This document shows, one piece after another, positions 33,325-46,902 of a stretch of DNA of 64,000 nt. The translations under genes and the position numbers were made by a program. The notes below the pieces were generated by a model. That model saw only the letters and a program-made list of their open reading frames with translations. It had not been told where the DNA came from and ran no database searches. This DNA is from the human T2T-CHM13v2.0 reference genome, Homo sapiens. The first letter of the stretch is position 1; each line of letters starts with the position of its first letter. The stretch lies in NCBI RefSeq assembly GCF_009914755.1, contig NC_060947.1; one strand, written 5' to 3'.

Positions 33325-34321
33325 TCACTGACTTTCATTTAACCATTACAGTGGAGTTGTATGGGGTTTTGGTAGCATGAATCATCTTTCCAAGATTTAT
33401 TCACCAGTGAATCTTGAGTACCCACCTCTTATGTCCTAGAGACAATACTAGTTGCTCAATATAAAGCAATGGGCACAGCTGAATCCTGTTCTCTTGCTCA
33501 TAGACTAACAGGAAGACAGATAAGCAGAGTTCTCCGCTACAAGAACTCTGAGGCAAGTACTCTATAAGTGATCAGTACACACAGCCTTGAGCGTAAAAAT
33601 GAGTGAATGTAGGCACAGTTCCCTAGAAGCACCAAGAAGGGCATGACTGAGGATACAATGAGCAATTTGGACCTTAATCAATGTGCAGGAGTTTGCCCGG
33701 TAGATGACATGGAAGTTGACGTTCTAGTGCTCAATGAGAAAGGCTTAGGGGCAGGGGGGTGGAAATGTGGCATTCAGGACACTGCACGCTGTTTGGTATT
33801 GCCAGGATAGAGAAATAGTAGAAGGGGCTGCAAATTGAAACTTGGGAATCATTAGCATGTAAGTTGGGAAATAGATATGATGGGCCATGGAACAGGTATA
33901 GAATGCAAGAAAAGAGGACCAAAGATAAACCTTTAGAAGGTCCAAGTACCTAAGGAGTGGGGAGAGGAAGATTATTCAGGGGAGACGGAGAAAGTACAAT
34001 CAGAGAGGTCAAGGAAATCTGGAAAAGAATGACAATGTGGAAGTCGGTTAAAAAAAAAAAGCATTTGAAAGACAACTTGTAAATCTTGTCTAATGCTGCT
34101 ATAGCCCAGTGGGATAAGAACTGCATTTGGCAATGAGATGGTGGTCCTTTTTAACTTAGCAAGAGCATTTTCATTCAGATGGGTGTAGGGGTCATACATC
34201 AGTAGATTCCTAAATGTATTTCATACCACTTGGATCATGTCACCACCCCCTCCAATATCCTGCGAGGCCTCCTCATTGCTCAAGAATAAACTCAGCCACC
34301 TTTTATACACCAATATGACCC

Positions 34322-34610
34322 TGTAAACCAAAAACTATTTGAGATAGGTCTCAATCAATTCACAAGTTTATTTTGCCAAGGTTAAGAACATGCCCAGAAG
34401 AAAAGAACACAGAATTTATAGAAACAGTCTGTGGTTTGTGCCTTTCTCCAAAAATAATTTTGAGGGCTTCAACATTTATAGGAGAAAAGTGAGCTGGAGA
34501 GGATAGTGGGAGGGCATGGTAATTCACACATTGCAAGAGAAAGGGGGAAGGTAAGGAAATATTCAGTTATGTATTCATCTCATGCTCAGTAAATCTATTT
34601 TCCTTTCACA
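34322..34610 (-). mobile_element. MER4-family LTR fragment
   Basis: tgtaaaccaaaa...gagataggtctcaatcaatt...aagtttattttgccaaggttaag is the antisense MER4 LTR end. Confidence 0.7.
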
Positions 34611-34759
34611 ACCCCAACCTACTTTTCTAATTTGGTTTCTCTCTATTCTCTTTTGAAATAATTATAAAAATAACTACTATATATTTACTGCCTACTGTAT
34701 GTAAGATTCTGTGCTTGAAAACTTACTTATACTTTCTCATTTTTAAGCCTCACTCTAGT

Positions 34760-34953
34760 ACTGGCATCAGTAAACTATGGCCTGCTGGCCAGCCATTGTT
34801 TTTATAAATAAATTTTTATTGGCACACAGCCACATCCATTGGTTTGTGTATTGTCTATGGCTGTTTTCATGTCACAAGGGCAGAGCTGAGTAGTTGTAAC
34901 AGAGATCTGCAAAGCTTAAACTATTTACTATCTGGCCCTTTACAGAAAAGGAC
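34760..34953. mobile_element. MER58A-like element
   Basis: taaactatggcc...ttttataaataaatttttattggcacacagccac...tatttactatctggccctttacagaaaa. Confidence 0.75.
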
Positions 34954-35370
34954 TGTAGATCCAATCCCTACCCTAGTCAATGCTGGTGCGGGCCTGCCAA
35001 GACTTTATCCACCATCCCCTAGCTGCCTGAGTCACAGCTGATAAGGGCCTACAGCTGCTCCCTTCACTGCCTTTGGCTAAATGGGGGTTATGCTCCCCCA
35101 TACTCTGGGGCAGTCCACAGCCAAAGACTGCCTGATATAAAAGGCTAGCCCCCTTGTCTTGAGGTGTGGCCTAGTCTGTGGCTCAAGTTATGCTCCAGAG
35201 AGCTTCATGGGATAAGGCTGAGGCCAAGTTTCCAGTAAAGATCACATTCTTACTTACCTCCCTCCTTTGTCCCAGCCTGCTTCCCTCATTCCCCTCTGCC
35301 TCAGAGCTCTCCTCAATGAAGCACTTGTAAAACGATCTCCTTTTCAAGCTAGGGAATCCAACCTAAGGCT
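34954..35370 (+). mobile_element. LTR16-family (LTR16A1-like) ERVL LTR, antisense to ACE2
   Basis: gcagtccacagccaaagactg, tataaaa, and the 3' end ctcctcaatgaagcacttgta...ctagggaatccaacctaag resemble the LTR16 U3/R/U5. Confidence 0.75.
35258..35289 (-). CDS. ACE2: Alternative internal first coding exon of truncated ACE2 (dACE2 / MIRb-ACE2): MREAGWDKGG + AG|gtaagt
   Basis: ATG at 35289-35287; 32 coding nt; consensus donor GAG|gtaagt in phase 2, matching the phase-2 acceptor of coding exon 9; the peptide matches the dACE2 N-terminus as I recall it. Confidence 0.92.
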
Positions 35371-35374
35371 CTCA

Positions 35375-35520
35375 CAAGCCTGCAACCTGGGAATTACTAT
35401 TCTACTTTATAAAATAAGGAAACTGAAACCAAAGAAAGTTAAATACCTTGTCCAAGGTTGCATAGTCATTAAGTGACACACCTAGGATTCTGAAGCCTGT
35501 GCTCATTCTGCCACATTACA
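35375..35520 (-). mobile_element. MIR (MIRb-like) carrying the internal promoter
   Basis: tactttataaaataaggaaactgaaaccaaagaaagttaaataccttgtccaaggttgcatag aligns to the antisense MIR core cattttacagatgaggaaactgaggcacagagaggttaagtaacttgcccaaggtcacacag. Confidence 0.85.
35406..35430 (-). promoter_or_regulatory. TATA box (35406-35411) and ISRE (35418-35430) of the internal ACE2 promoter
   Basis: The - strand reads GGTTTCAGTTTCCT tattt TATAAA, about 120 nt upstream of the MREAG ATG. Confidence 0.8.
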
Positions 35521-36197
35521 CAAACTCTCCTTCACTTATTTCTCATTCTAGCCTAACTTGCCGACTTCAGTATGCAGGTCAGGTCCTGCCTCTCTGTATT
35601 TGATCCTGCTGTTCTCACAGCTTGGGTCCTCCTCCCGACTCTGTGTATCTGAATCCTTCTTGTCTTTCCAAACCTAATTCAAATCCCACTTGTAAAGCAC
35701 GGTCTGATCCTATCTCCTATTGCAAATGTGGTCAGTTTTCTTCCAGTTCTCCATAGAGCATGCCCTGTGTCTCTCTTACGACATGTACCACTTTCTCCCT
35801 TCGATCCAAGCGTATTTATTCACCTATTCTGTCTCATTCACAAGAGTGAAACATGGAGGGGAAGATCAATGTGTGATTCATATGTCCATCTTCCAAAAAT
35901 CTTAGCACCAAATCTTTCCTGATATGGGTGCAACCATCCCCATTACCATACAACGCCAATGGATGCATGATATTTCCAAGAAAGCAGATTGTCCACAGGT
36001 TCAAGTTAGAGCCTGCTGGCAATCCTCTTTTCCTGGGAAAACCCAAATGTGCTCTCCTGGACTCCCAGCCTTAGTTCAAGGAGAATTAACTTATCTTTTC
36101 TGTGCTCAGAAAAGCAGAGAAAGAATTCAAGTTAAACTTCAGCCTGCCTCTGTTGTCTCCCATTTAGTATCAGTTGTGTAAGTATCAGCCCCACTAC

Positions 36198-36367
36198 CTG
36201 AAGTCGCCCTTCCCCAGGTCCCAAGCTGTGGGATGGCAGACTGCTTTCTGAACATTTCCTGGGTCCGTTAGCATGGAATTTTCCCAGAATCCTTGAGTCA
36301 TATTAGGAAGACCAACAGATACAAAGAACTTCTCGGCCTCCTTGAATATTCTCTGTGCATCCCAGGC
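36198..36367 (-). CDS. ACE2: ACE2 coding exon 8 (includes H345 and K353)
   Basis: [57 protein letters not shown]; cag/gtagt boundaries; 170 nt. Confidence 0.97.
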
Positions 36368-36414
36368 CTGGGAAAAGAGAACAGTATTAATTCCAGCATC
36401 AAAACAACAGCATT

Positions 36415-37760
36415 CTTAAATTAAATAAGCCAGGCACCGAAAAACAAATACCACATGTTCTCACTTATGTGTGGAATCTAAAACAATGGAACTGGTAGAA
36501 GCAGAGAGTAGAATGGTGGTTACAGAGGCTATGGGGTGGGGGCAACGGGGAGATGATGGTCAAAGCGTACAAAGTCTCAAACAGGATGAATAAGTTGGTT
36601 TTATTTTTTTGAGATCTACTGCACAGCATAGTAAATATAGTTAATAATAGAACATTGTACATTTTGAAATTGCTAAGAGAGTAAATTTCAAATGTTCTCA
36701 CTGCAAAAAAAGTATGTGAAGTAATTGATATGTTAATTAGCTTTATTTAATTATTTTTCATTGTATTCATAAATCATGAAATCACCTTGTACCCCATAAA
36801 TATATACAATAATAAATGTCAATTTACAATAAAATTTTAAAATGGAAAAAAGTGCTAATGTCATTTTTAAAATAGCAGCATTATTTCTGTTGGATATATA
36901 CATTGGCATAACCTTTCCAAAAGGTAATTTGATAACACACACGGATAGCATTTGAAATTCTTCTCTTTGTCTCAGTAATGCTGTCTCTAAGGAACTAACC
37001 TAAAAAATTATCAGAAATTAGATTCAACAATTACATTGAGAATTATTTTTAATAGAGAAAAAGTTGAAACGACCATCAGAATGGTTAAATAAATAATGAT
37101 ACCTTTGAAAAATAGAATAATGTGCAGCCACCCAAATTATATTTATGAAAAATTTTTTGGTTTATATCCAAAAGACAGGCAATAACAAATGCTGATGAGG
37201 GTGTGGAGAAAAGGGAACCCTCCTACACTGTTGGAAGGAATGTAAGTTAGTACAACCACTATGGAAAACAGTTTGGAGGTTCCTCAAAAAAGTAAAAATA
37301 GAGCTACCATATGATCCAACAATTCCACTGCTGGGTATATACCCAAAAGAAAGGAAATCAGTATTTTGAAGAGATATCTGCACTCCCATGTTTGTTGCAG
37401 CACTATTCACAATAACCAAGATTTGGAAACAACCTAAGTGTCCATCAGTAGATGAATGGATAAAGAAAATGTGGTACACATACAAATTGGAATACTATTC
37501 AGCCATAAAAAAACGAAATCCTGCCATTTGCAACAACGTAGATGGAACTGAAGGTCATTATATTAAGTGAAATAAGCCAGGCACAGAAAGACAAACATTA
37601 CATGTTCTCACTTATTTATGGCATCTAAAAATCAAAAGAGTTGAACTCATGGACATACAGAGTGGAAGGATGGTTACCAGAGGCTGGAAAGAGTAGTGGG
37701 AAGGTGGCAGGGGCAGGTGAGGATGGTTAATTGGTACAAAAAAAAACAGAAAGAATGAGG
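36415..37760 (+). mobile_element. Two L1M(A) 3'-end fragments (about 36415-36840 and 37165-37760)
   Basis: aaataagccaggcac...catgttctcactta; ORF2 C-terminal remnant [29 protein letters not shown]. Confidence 0.85.
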
Positions 37761-38228
37761 CTGTGTGATTTGTGACTTTGGGCAAATCATTTACCTGAGC
37801 CTCAGTTTCCTCACCTATAGCATGGAGCTGTCACAATACCTATCCTGAGTCAGAGATGACAATAGAAGAGACGGGTGTAAAAACCCTTTAGAAAGACTAA
37901 AAATCTACATCAAGATGGCCCTATACTGCTGCTCAACTTCAAAGTGGAGCTACAACAGCTACAAGAGTTTAGAGGCCCTTGCAGTTTCACTTTTTATTCT
38001 GCAGTGGACTTTTCCCAGGAGTATGTTATGTATGTGAAGATGTTCATTGCATTGCTTCTTACAGATGTAAAACTATTAACAAGCAAAGGTTCAGCAATGC
38101 ACAAATAGTAAATTATGGTGCAATTATCTGAATAAATTTTATAAGGCAAATAGAAATATGATTAGATATTCTACTCAGAAACGTAGAATTTTAGTTGAAT
38201 GAACAAATATACATAATTATAACTATAA

Positions 38229-38563
<335 letters not shown>

Positions 38564-38569
38564 TGATAA

Positions 38570-39975
38570 TTTTTTAACTTTAATTTTAATTTTAATTTTA
38601 AATTCAGGGAGTACATGTGCAGGTTTGTTACAAGGGTATATTGTGTGATACTGACGTTGGGTTTCTATTGGTCCTATCAACCAGATATGAACATAGTACT
38701 CAATAGGAAGGTTTGTACTTCTGTGGGATCAGTTGCAATGTCACCTTTGTCATTTCTGATTGTGCTTATTTGGATCTTCTCTCTTTCTCTGTTAATCTAG
38801 CTAGAGGTCTTTCCATCTTGTTTATCCTTTTAAAAAACTGACTTTTCATTTTGTTGATCCTTTGTATGATTTTTTAGGTCTCAATTTCATTAATTCTGCC
38901 CTGATTTTAGTTATCTCTTTTTTTCTAGCTTTGGAACTAGTTTGTTCTTGTTTTTCTAGTTCCTTTAAGTGTGGTGTTAGATTATTAATTTGATATCTTT
39001 CTAGGTTCTTGATGTAGGCATTTAGCACTATAAACATTCCTCTTAACATTGCTTTTGCCACATCCCAGATATGTTGTTGGTATGCTGTGTCTCTGTTTTC
39101 ATTTGTTTCAAAGAATTTTTTGATATCTGCCTTAATTTCATTGTTTACTCAAAAGTCATTCAGCAATAAGTTGTTCAGTTTCCAGGTTATTTCATGGTTT
39201 TGAGAGTTCCTCCTGGTATTGATTTCTATTTTTATTCTACTGTGGTCTGAGAATATGTTTGGCATAATTTTAATTTTTTGAATTTATTAAGACTTGCTTT
39301 ATGACTGAGCATGTTGCCAGTCTTAGAGTATGTTTCGTATACAGATGAGAAGAATGTATATTCCATAGCTGTTGGGTGGAATATTCTATAGATGTCTCTT
39401 AGGTTCAATTGGTCAAGTGTCAAGTTTAAGTCCAGAATTTCCAGAATTTCTTTGTTAGTTTTCTGCCTCAATGATCTGTATAACACTGTCAGTGGGGTGA
39501 TGAAGTCCCCCACTATTATTTTCTGGATGTCTAAGTCTTTTCCTAGGTCTAAAAGTGCTATGTTTATGAATCTGGATACTCCAATGTTGGGTGCATATAT
39601 ATTTAGGATAATTAAGTCTTCTTGTTAAATTGAACCCTTTATCATTATGTAATGACCCTCTTTGTCCTTTTTTACTGTTGTTGGTTTAAAGTCTGTTTTA
39701 TCTGATACAAGAATAGCAGCCCCCTGCTCTTTTTTGTTTTCTATTTGCATGATAGATCTTTCTGCATCACTTTACTTTGAGCCCATGGGTGTCATTACAC
39801 GTGAGATGAATCTCGAAGACAGTAGAAGGTTAGGTTTTGTTTTTCTCTCCAATTTGCCACTCTCTGTCTGTTAGGTGAAGCGTTCCTGTCATGCTGTTGT
39901 TAGCTGGTTGCTTTGTAGTCTCCATTGTGTAGTTGCTTTATTGGGTCCATGGGCTATGTACTTACTTGTGTTTTG
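38570..39975 (-). mobile_element. L1P element remnant (short 3' end joined to the ORF2 endonuclease region)
   Basis: Degenerate ORF2 peptides GDFITPLT...DIYRIFHPT...YTFFSS and AKAMLRG.FI.LNAYIK; L1 3' UTR gtacatgtgcaggtttgttac. Confidence 0.9.
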
Positions 39976-40432
39976 AGGAACCTAGCACATTTAAATAATT
40001 AAACCAAAGTAGTAATAAAGATGTTACTTAAAATTGTTTTAAAGATTCTTGTAATATTTTTAACACTAATAATTTTTTAAATATGCAAAAATCCCCTCAT
40101 AATATTCTTGTTTTTACTATCCATAGAGATTACTGGCTGGTTACTTAGCAATGACAAACTTTGGAATGAGTGATACCAACCAGTTGACAATTCTACATCT
40201 TACCGCTTAATGGAAAACTCAGGTAATCTCCATTTCAAATACCTTTCAATGAGATCAATACTACACCTGCAATTCAAGTTATCTGAGGCCATTGTAAACT
40301 GCTTTTCCATGAAACTATAGCTACATAAGAAATAAATTTCAATTAGCTTAAATTTTTTATTTACATGGTTTCACATAAAAATAAAAATAGAAGGATGACA
40401 TAAAAATAAATGAAGTTGAGAATTTAGATTTA

Positions 40433-40612
<180 letters not shown>

Positions 40613-40970
40613 TTATTAAATATATGGACCATCATTGACACTGTAAATTAGAAAGAGATTTCTATAATCTACCATCCATGGTACAAAATATTACAAATTA
40701 AGCTGTTAGTAATTCCTAGTGTTGGCTTCAAAAGAGATCATATAAGATCATCATTCAGGAACTTCTACTAACTGGTAACTAAATTCCACTTTTATTCCTA
40801 TATTCGTGTACTTAACTTGGTGACTTTGTAAACATCTCAAACAAATGTTAAGTTGTATTCCAAGGCCAGGGACCATAAAAAAGAAGATGTATCTAGAAAA
40901 AGTCAATCCAAGAGCAGGACCAGAATCCTGGTGCCAAAAAAATGGGGCAACAAACTTCATGAAGAGTACT

Positions 40971-41238
40971 CCTGTAATCCCAGCACTTTGCAGAGCTGAA
41001 GCAGGCAGATCACTTGAGATCAGGAGTTCGAGACCAGCCTGGCCAACATGGTGAAGCCCTGTCTCTACTAAAAATACAAAAATTAGCTGGGCATGGCGGC
41101 TTGAGCCTGTAATCCCAGCTACTCAGGAGGCTGAAGCAGGAGAATCGCTTGAACCCAGGAGGCAGAGGTTGCGGTGAGCTGAGATCAGCCACTGCACTCC
41201 AGCCTAGGCGACAGAGCGAGACTCTGAAAAAAATAAAA
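40971..41238 (+). mobile_element. Alu, slightly 5'-truncated
   Basis: Alu body with TSD agtactcc on both sides. Confidence 0.92.
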
Positions 41239-42734
41239 GTACTCCCTAAACTTATATTTTAAAACATAAAATTTAGTAGTGATACATGTGAAGTCCTATG
41301 CTTAAATTTTAAAGAAAAACCTATCCATCATAAAAACATATATGTGACATCAGGCTAAAGCACAGTCCACATGTAAAAGACCAAAAATGAGCCAACAAAC
41401 AGTATGACCTGGCTTCTAAAGCATAAATGTGAACTTGAGCTAAATCAATAGAAGTATAGTGTCTAGAACAAAGGTAGTCATGGTACCATGTCTTTCTTTA
41501 TGTTGGTCAAACCTCATCTGGAGTAACTGTTCATCTCTAAGCATGATAATTGAGGAGGGACATTGACAAAGTACAGCTCATTGAAAGGAGAACAATTATA
41601 GAAAAGTGAGGTTTTAAGGAATGGTTGATAATGTATAAGATATTTAACTTGACAAAAGAAAATAGGGTAAACATGACAATAACAATAATAGTCACTAAAA
41701 TGTATTGCACCAGGTACTATGCTATATCTTATATGATGGTTCTTTATGAATATCTGGAAGGTCATCTTGTAGAATAGGAATTGACATTCTGGGTAACCTC
41801 ATAGCATGGAAATAGGGCTAATGAATGGAAGGCATCAGAGGGGTGTTGCTTAAGTTCCACATAAGGTAGAATTGTATTACATTGGTTCCATGTAGCAGTA
41901 AATTAGTCTATATTGGAATGAAGAAATTATCCCATCACACCAGACAGGTTTAAGCAGAAACTGAATTACTAAATAATGCTTGCCATTGACATTGTAGGAA
42001 GGATTTCCATATTACTTTAGAGTTAAAAGCCTCCACAGGTCCTTTCTCCGCATTCTCTCCTGCTGACAGACACGAGGTATGGCTGTGGAGGAGATTAGCT
42101 TCCAGCAACTTAGTTTGACTACAGTAGAAATGCTATATATGCATGGCATGAAATTTTCAAATATTTATATTTTATTTGGCCTCAGCTGCTGCGGTGGGAG
42201 AGGGGAAGATGGTCACTTTCATTCATTCTTCACTTATACGATTCCAAGCCAAGCACTTTTCAGCAAGAGTAATTGGTGAAGTCTAGAATGAACTTAGGAA
42301 GCTTTCGCTCAAGCTATAACCTTCTGTTACCCCTGACCACCCCCAGCCAACCAAGCTCTGACAATATGATACTAAAATCTCAAATTCCACCTTAAGAGCT
42401 TAGCCAATCAACTTGAATACTAAAAATTATTTTCCCCATTTCCACTCTCATTTGAGCCTGTAATTCTTTCTCTAGTTATCTTAAATAACCCCTTTATCAT
42501 TTGAATTGCAGCCAAAATAATAACTCTTTATGTACAAAAAAAGTAATACAATAGAGAATTGTTTAAAATAGACTTTTGGTTGAAGAAAATGCTTTCAAAA
42601 TGCGATTTCTACAATGTTACTAACCACTTACAGAATTTTTCAAAAGTTTTATGTTAAGGCTCACTCAAAAAGGCAATTTTATTGTTAGAAATAACAAAGA
42701 GCCAAGTACACGAAGAATTCATGGGGCTTCTTAC

Positions 42735-42840
42735 CAAGCAAATGAGCAGGGAGGCATCCAATTGGACTGATATAGGAAGGATAGGCATTCATCAACTTTG
42801 CCCTCACATAGGCATGAAGATGTTCATATAATGGTTTAAT
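42735..42840 (-). CDS. ACE2: ACE2 coding exon 6
   Basis: [36 protein letters not shown]; 106 nt. Confidence 0.97.
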
Positions 42841-43114
42841 CTGAAAAGCCCAGGAAGAAAGTTTAAGACAAAGAGTAACCAATTCTAATTTCCATTCCAC
42901 AACACTAGAAATAGGAGATTCTTTAAACAAGTAGAATTTCCCCAAATTATAATTCTTCTTCTCTCAAATTTCTGGAAAATTTAAAAGTATTCCTTCTTCC
43001 TAGAACTTGATGATAACTCCACTGCATAAACCAATAAACATACTTGGGAGAACACAGGTCCCAAAATAAAAGCAGATGCAAAAAATATATATTCATTTTT
43101 AAGATTGTTACCTA

Positions 43115-43780
43115 CTTCCTTTGTTTTTACATTGAGGTATAATTTACATACTATAAAAGCCACCCATTTTCAAGTGTGTAGTTCCATGAGTTTCAATAAA
43201 TTAAAACTACCGGGAAACCATCACCACTATCTAGTTTTTTAATATTTCTATAACCACAAAAGGTTTCTTGTAGTCAGTTCCACTCCTATCTCCGGCTACT
43301 TTGAGTATATCAGAGTCTGTTTATTCATTCACTAGTTGAAGGACAGCTGGGTTTTCCAGTTTGGGGCTATTATGAATATTGCTGCTATGAACATTTGTGT
43401 ATGTCTTTCTATGGATAAGGACACATGTTTTCATTTATTTCATATAGAAACCTAAGAGTCATGGTAAGTGTGTGTTTAACTTTTTAAGAAATCGCCAAAC
43501 TGTTTTCCAAAGTGACTGCCCCATTTTACATTTCTTCCTGCACTGTAAGAGGGCTCCAGTGTCTCCACATTCTCCCCAATACTTGGTATTGTCCATCTTT
43601 TTAATCATAGCTATCCTGGTGGGTGTGGAGTGGATTTTCATCATAGCTTTAATTTGCATTTCCCTAATAACTTTTTATTTGCCTATTTGCCATTTGTGTA
43701 ATTTCTTTGATGATGTACTTATTCAAGTCTTCTTCCCATTTCCTTTTTGGGGAGTTGTTTGTCTTACTTCCATTTTTGAT
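43115..43780 (-). mobile_element. L1M 3' fragment
   Basis: Antisense ORF2 C-terminal remnant MQIKA...TPTRIAMIKK.DNTKYW; L1 3' UTR motifs. Confidence 0.8.
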
Positions 43781-44262
43781 AGCTCTGCCAAACTATGGCT
43801 GTGACAAGGTAACTCACATCAGAAGTTTGAAGGTTCACGTAAAGGGGAGGCATGGGGCCAAAATGAAGGAAAAACATCCATGGGACATTTCTGTTCACAA
43901 AACTCTCTCTTCCCTATGAAGACTAGCTTACTCAAAGTAATAGTATCAATTGTCCTGAGGAAGAAAGCAAAGTCCATAGCTCTGCTAACACAGGAAGACA
44001 GTGCCAGCCCCAGGTAGCTCAAGAAGATCATTCCTACTTATAATCTAAAGGACCATTTGTTCTTATAATATTTCATTCTTATAGTCTTTCTATTGGTAAT
44101 TAATGGTCAGTGACTGAAAGAAGGAGGAAAGCAGCGCAATTCTGATCATCTGTAGGGGCTGTCCTATTATTCTCTAAAATCTTTCAAACTCTAATATTCC
44201 ATAACTTTATGAGGCCTGGGAATGGCTGACCAATGTGTTAAGAATGAGCCAGAATGCCTTTA

Positions 44263-44454
<192 letters not shown>

Positions 44455-44737
44455 TTAAAGAGAAAGGGAAGAACATAAGGGAAAGAAAGAGAGAAAGCAC
44501 AAAATACACAGATTAGCCTTGCTGGGAGGTTAAAAGAAATTTAAAGGCTTATCACATTTTTATTGTGATAAACATCAACTCAAAGGGATGCAAATGAATA
44601 ATAACATTAAGTAATCTCTGTTTAAGCACTTGCTCTGTGCCAGGAGTTTAAATGTATTATTTTATTTAATAAGCACAAGAACCATACAAGATTGTCATTA
44701 TTATAACTCCCACTGTGCAGAGTAACAGCCTATGTTT

Positions 44738-45495
44738 ATTTTTAAATAAATTTTATTGTGTATATTTAAGGTGTACAACATGATGTTATGAGATACTTAT
44801 ATAATAAAATGGTTACTATAGTAAAACAAATTAACATATCCATCATCTCACATAGTTAAGCATTATCCCCCCCATGGAAGAGCAGCTAAAATCTACTCAT
44901 TTTGCAAAAATCCTGAATACAAAACATTATTACTAACTACAGTCCTTATGTTGTACATTAGATCTTTAGACTTGTTCATCCTGCATATCTGCTACTTTGT
45001 ATCCTTTAACCCACTTCTCCCCATATCCCACCCCGCTCCACCTCACCCCTGGTAATCACTATTACTCTATCTCTGTATATTTGATTTTTTTGTAGAATCC
45101 ACTTTTGAGTGAGATGATGCCATATTTTTCTTTTTATGTCTGGATTATTTCACTTAGCATAATGTCCTCCAGGTCTATCCATGTTGAGGCAAATGACAGG
45201 ATCTCCTCTTTTTTAAGGCTGAATAATATCCCATTCCATATACCTACCACGGTTTCTTTATTCATTCATCCCTTGACAAACACTTAGGTTGTTTCCCTAT
45301 CTTGGCTATTGCGAATAATGCTGCAGTGAACATGGCAGTGTAGATATCTTTATGAAGGGGTAATTTCATCTAATTTAGGTATATACCCAGAAGAGGGATT
45401 GCTGGATCATACGGTAATTCTATTTTTAATTTATTTAGGAATCCTCATACTATTTTTCCATAACAGCTTCACCAGTTTATATTCCCACCAACAAC
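44738..45495 (-). mobile_element. L1MA 3' fragment
   Basis: ttttattgtgtatatttaaggtgtacaacatgatg...ggtatatacccagaagagggattgctggatcata. Confidence 0.85.
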
Positions 45496-46677
45496 CTGTG
45501 CTTAGAGTGGTTAAATCACTTGTCCAAGATCACACAGCTGGTAAGCGAAAGAAGCACATTCCTAGTCTCTTAACCCTGGGTGTGTACTCTCTTGATACAT
45601 CAGTTTGTATCTTTAGCTTTAAAATATGTGACTGGATCTCTAAGTTTTTAAATTCTTCTTTTGTTCATGGCCTTTTATTTTTAGATCAGACCCAACTCAT
45701 CTTAGACTTTGCCACAGTGAACCTGTGTTTGTTTGCAAATTATATGTATCAATAGCATGTTTCTATGTGCTTCCTTTAGTATCTCACCATCAGAAAACAC
45801 AAGCTTGTGTTAGGATATTAGCTAATAAAGTTTGTAAACATAATTTAATAATTTTTATTTTTACATTCACATTGGCAATTAATGATCAGGAAGATGAGGA
45901 GAGAAATAAATATTTGGATGAAAGGACATGCAGGATATTGTTTTAAAAATGGTGATAAGCTATTGTCTCCAGCTTGCCTAAGGCTTAAGAATACTGAATT
46001 TAAGTGGCAGTGAAAGAAATGTTAAAACAACAAATGCGGGAAAAAAATTCTTCCTTACTCAACCTCAGTGGGCAGTAAATCATCAAAGCAAAATGTGAAT
46101 CATGATTCCATGACTTCAGCTCACTATTCAGGGAAGAGAATAAGTTAAGAGATATGGAAATTCCTTCCTATGTTAAGATTTTTTATGACCACATAATCTG
46201 AGATATAATTACAACTGCAGAAAATAATACATTTCCAGCCTAAACTAATCTGATATTTTTTCTTTCTGGGGTATCACCCTAAGGTAGACACACAAATGAC
46301 CTTTGAAAGTGAACTGTGGGGGCTTTAGACAAAAGGCAGTGACTCTGTCTTTCATCCTGAGAAATGGGATTCCCCCCCTTAATCCCCAGACTCCCTCGGG
46401 AACTTTTAGGGGCCTGAGATCTTCCTAGATTACTTATAATTCATAATTCCTGGATAATTTACTTTAGGCCTTGTAGTTGAGTCTCATTCTTGAGCTTCTT
46501 GAATTGTAGAATGCCAGTGCACCTTTTCTTTTTCCCCAGTAATTTCTTTTGAAAACAGGTAATCTGAATTGTTGAGGACATGATTGTTAATTGAGGGGTA
46601 TCCCTGATATCAAAGGGCAGGCTTGGTAATGCAGAAGAAATAGCCCCGTGGCCACACAGAGAGCTTCAGGACCTCTA

Positions 46678-46902
<225 letters not shown>

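Noticed and set aside
38570-39975. L1 ORF2 peptides as a functional gene
   Set aside because: Frameshifted, stop-interrupted, internally deleted relic.
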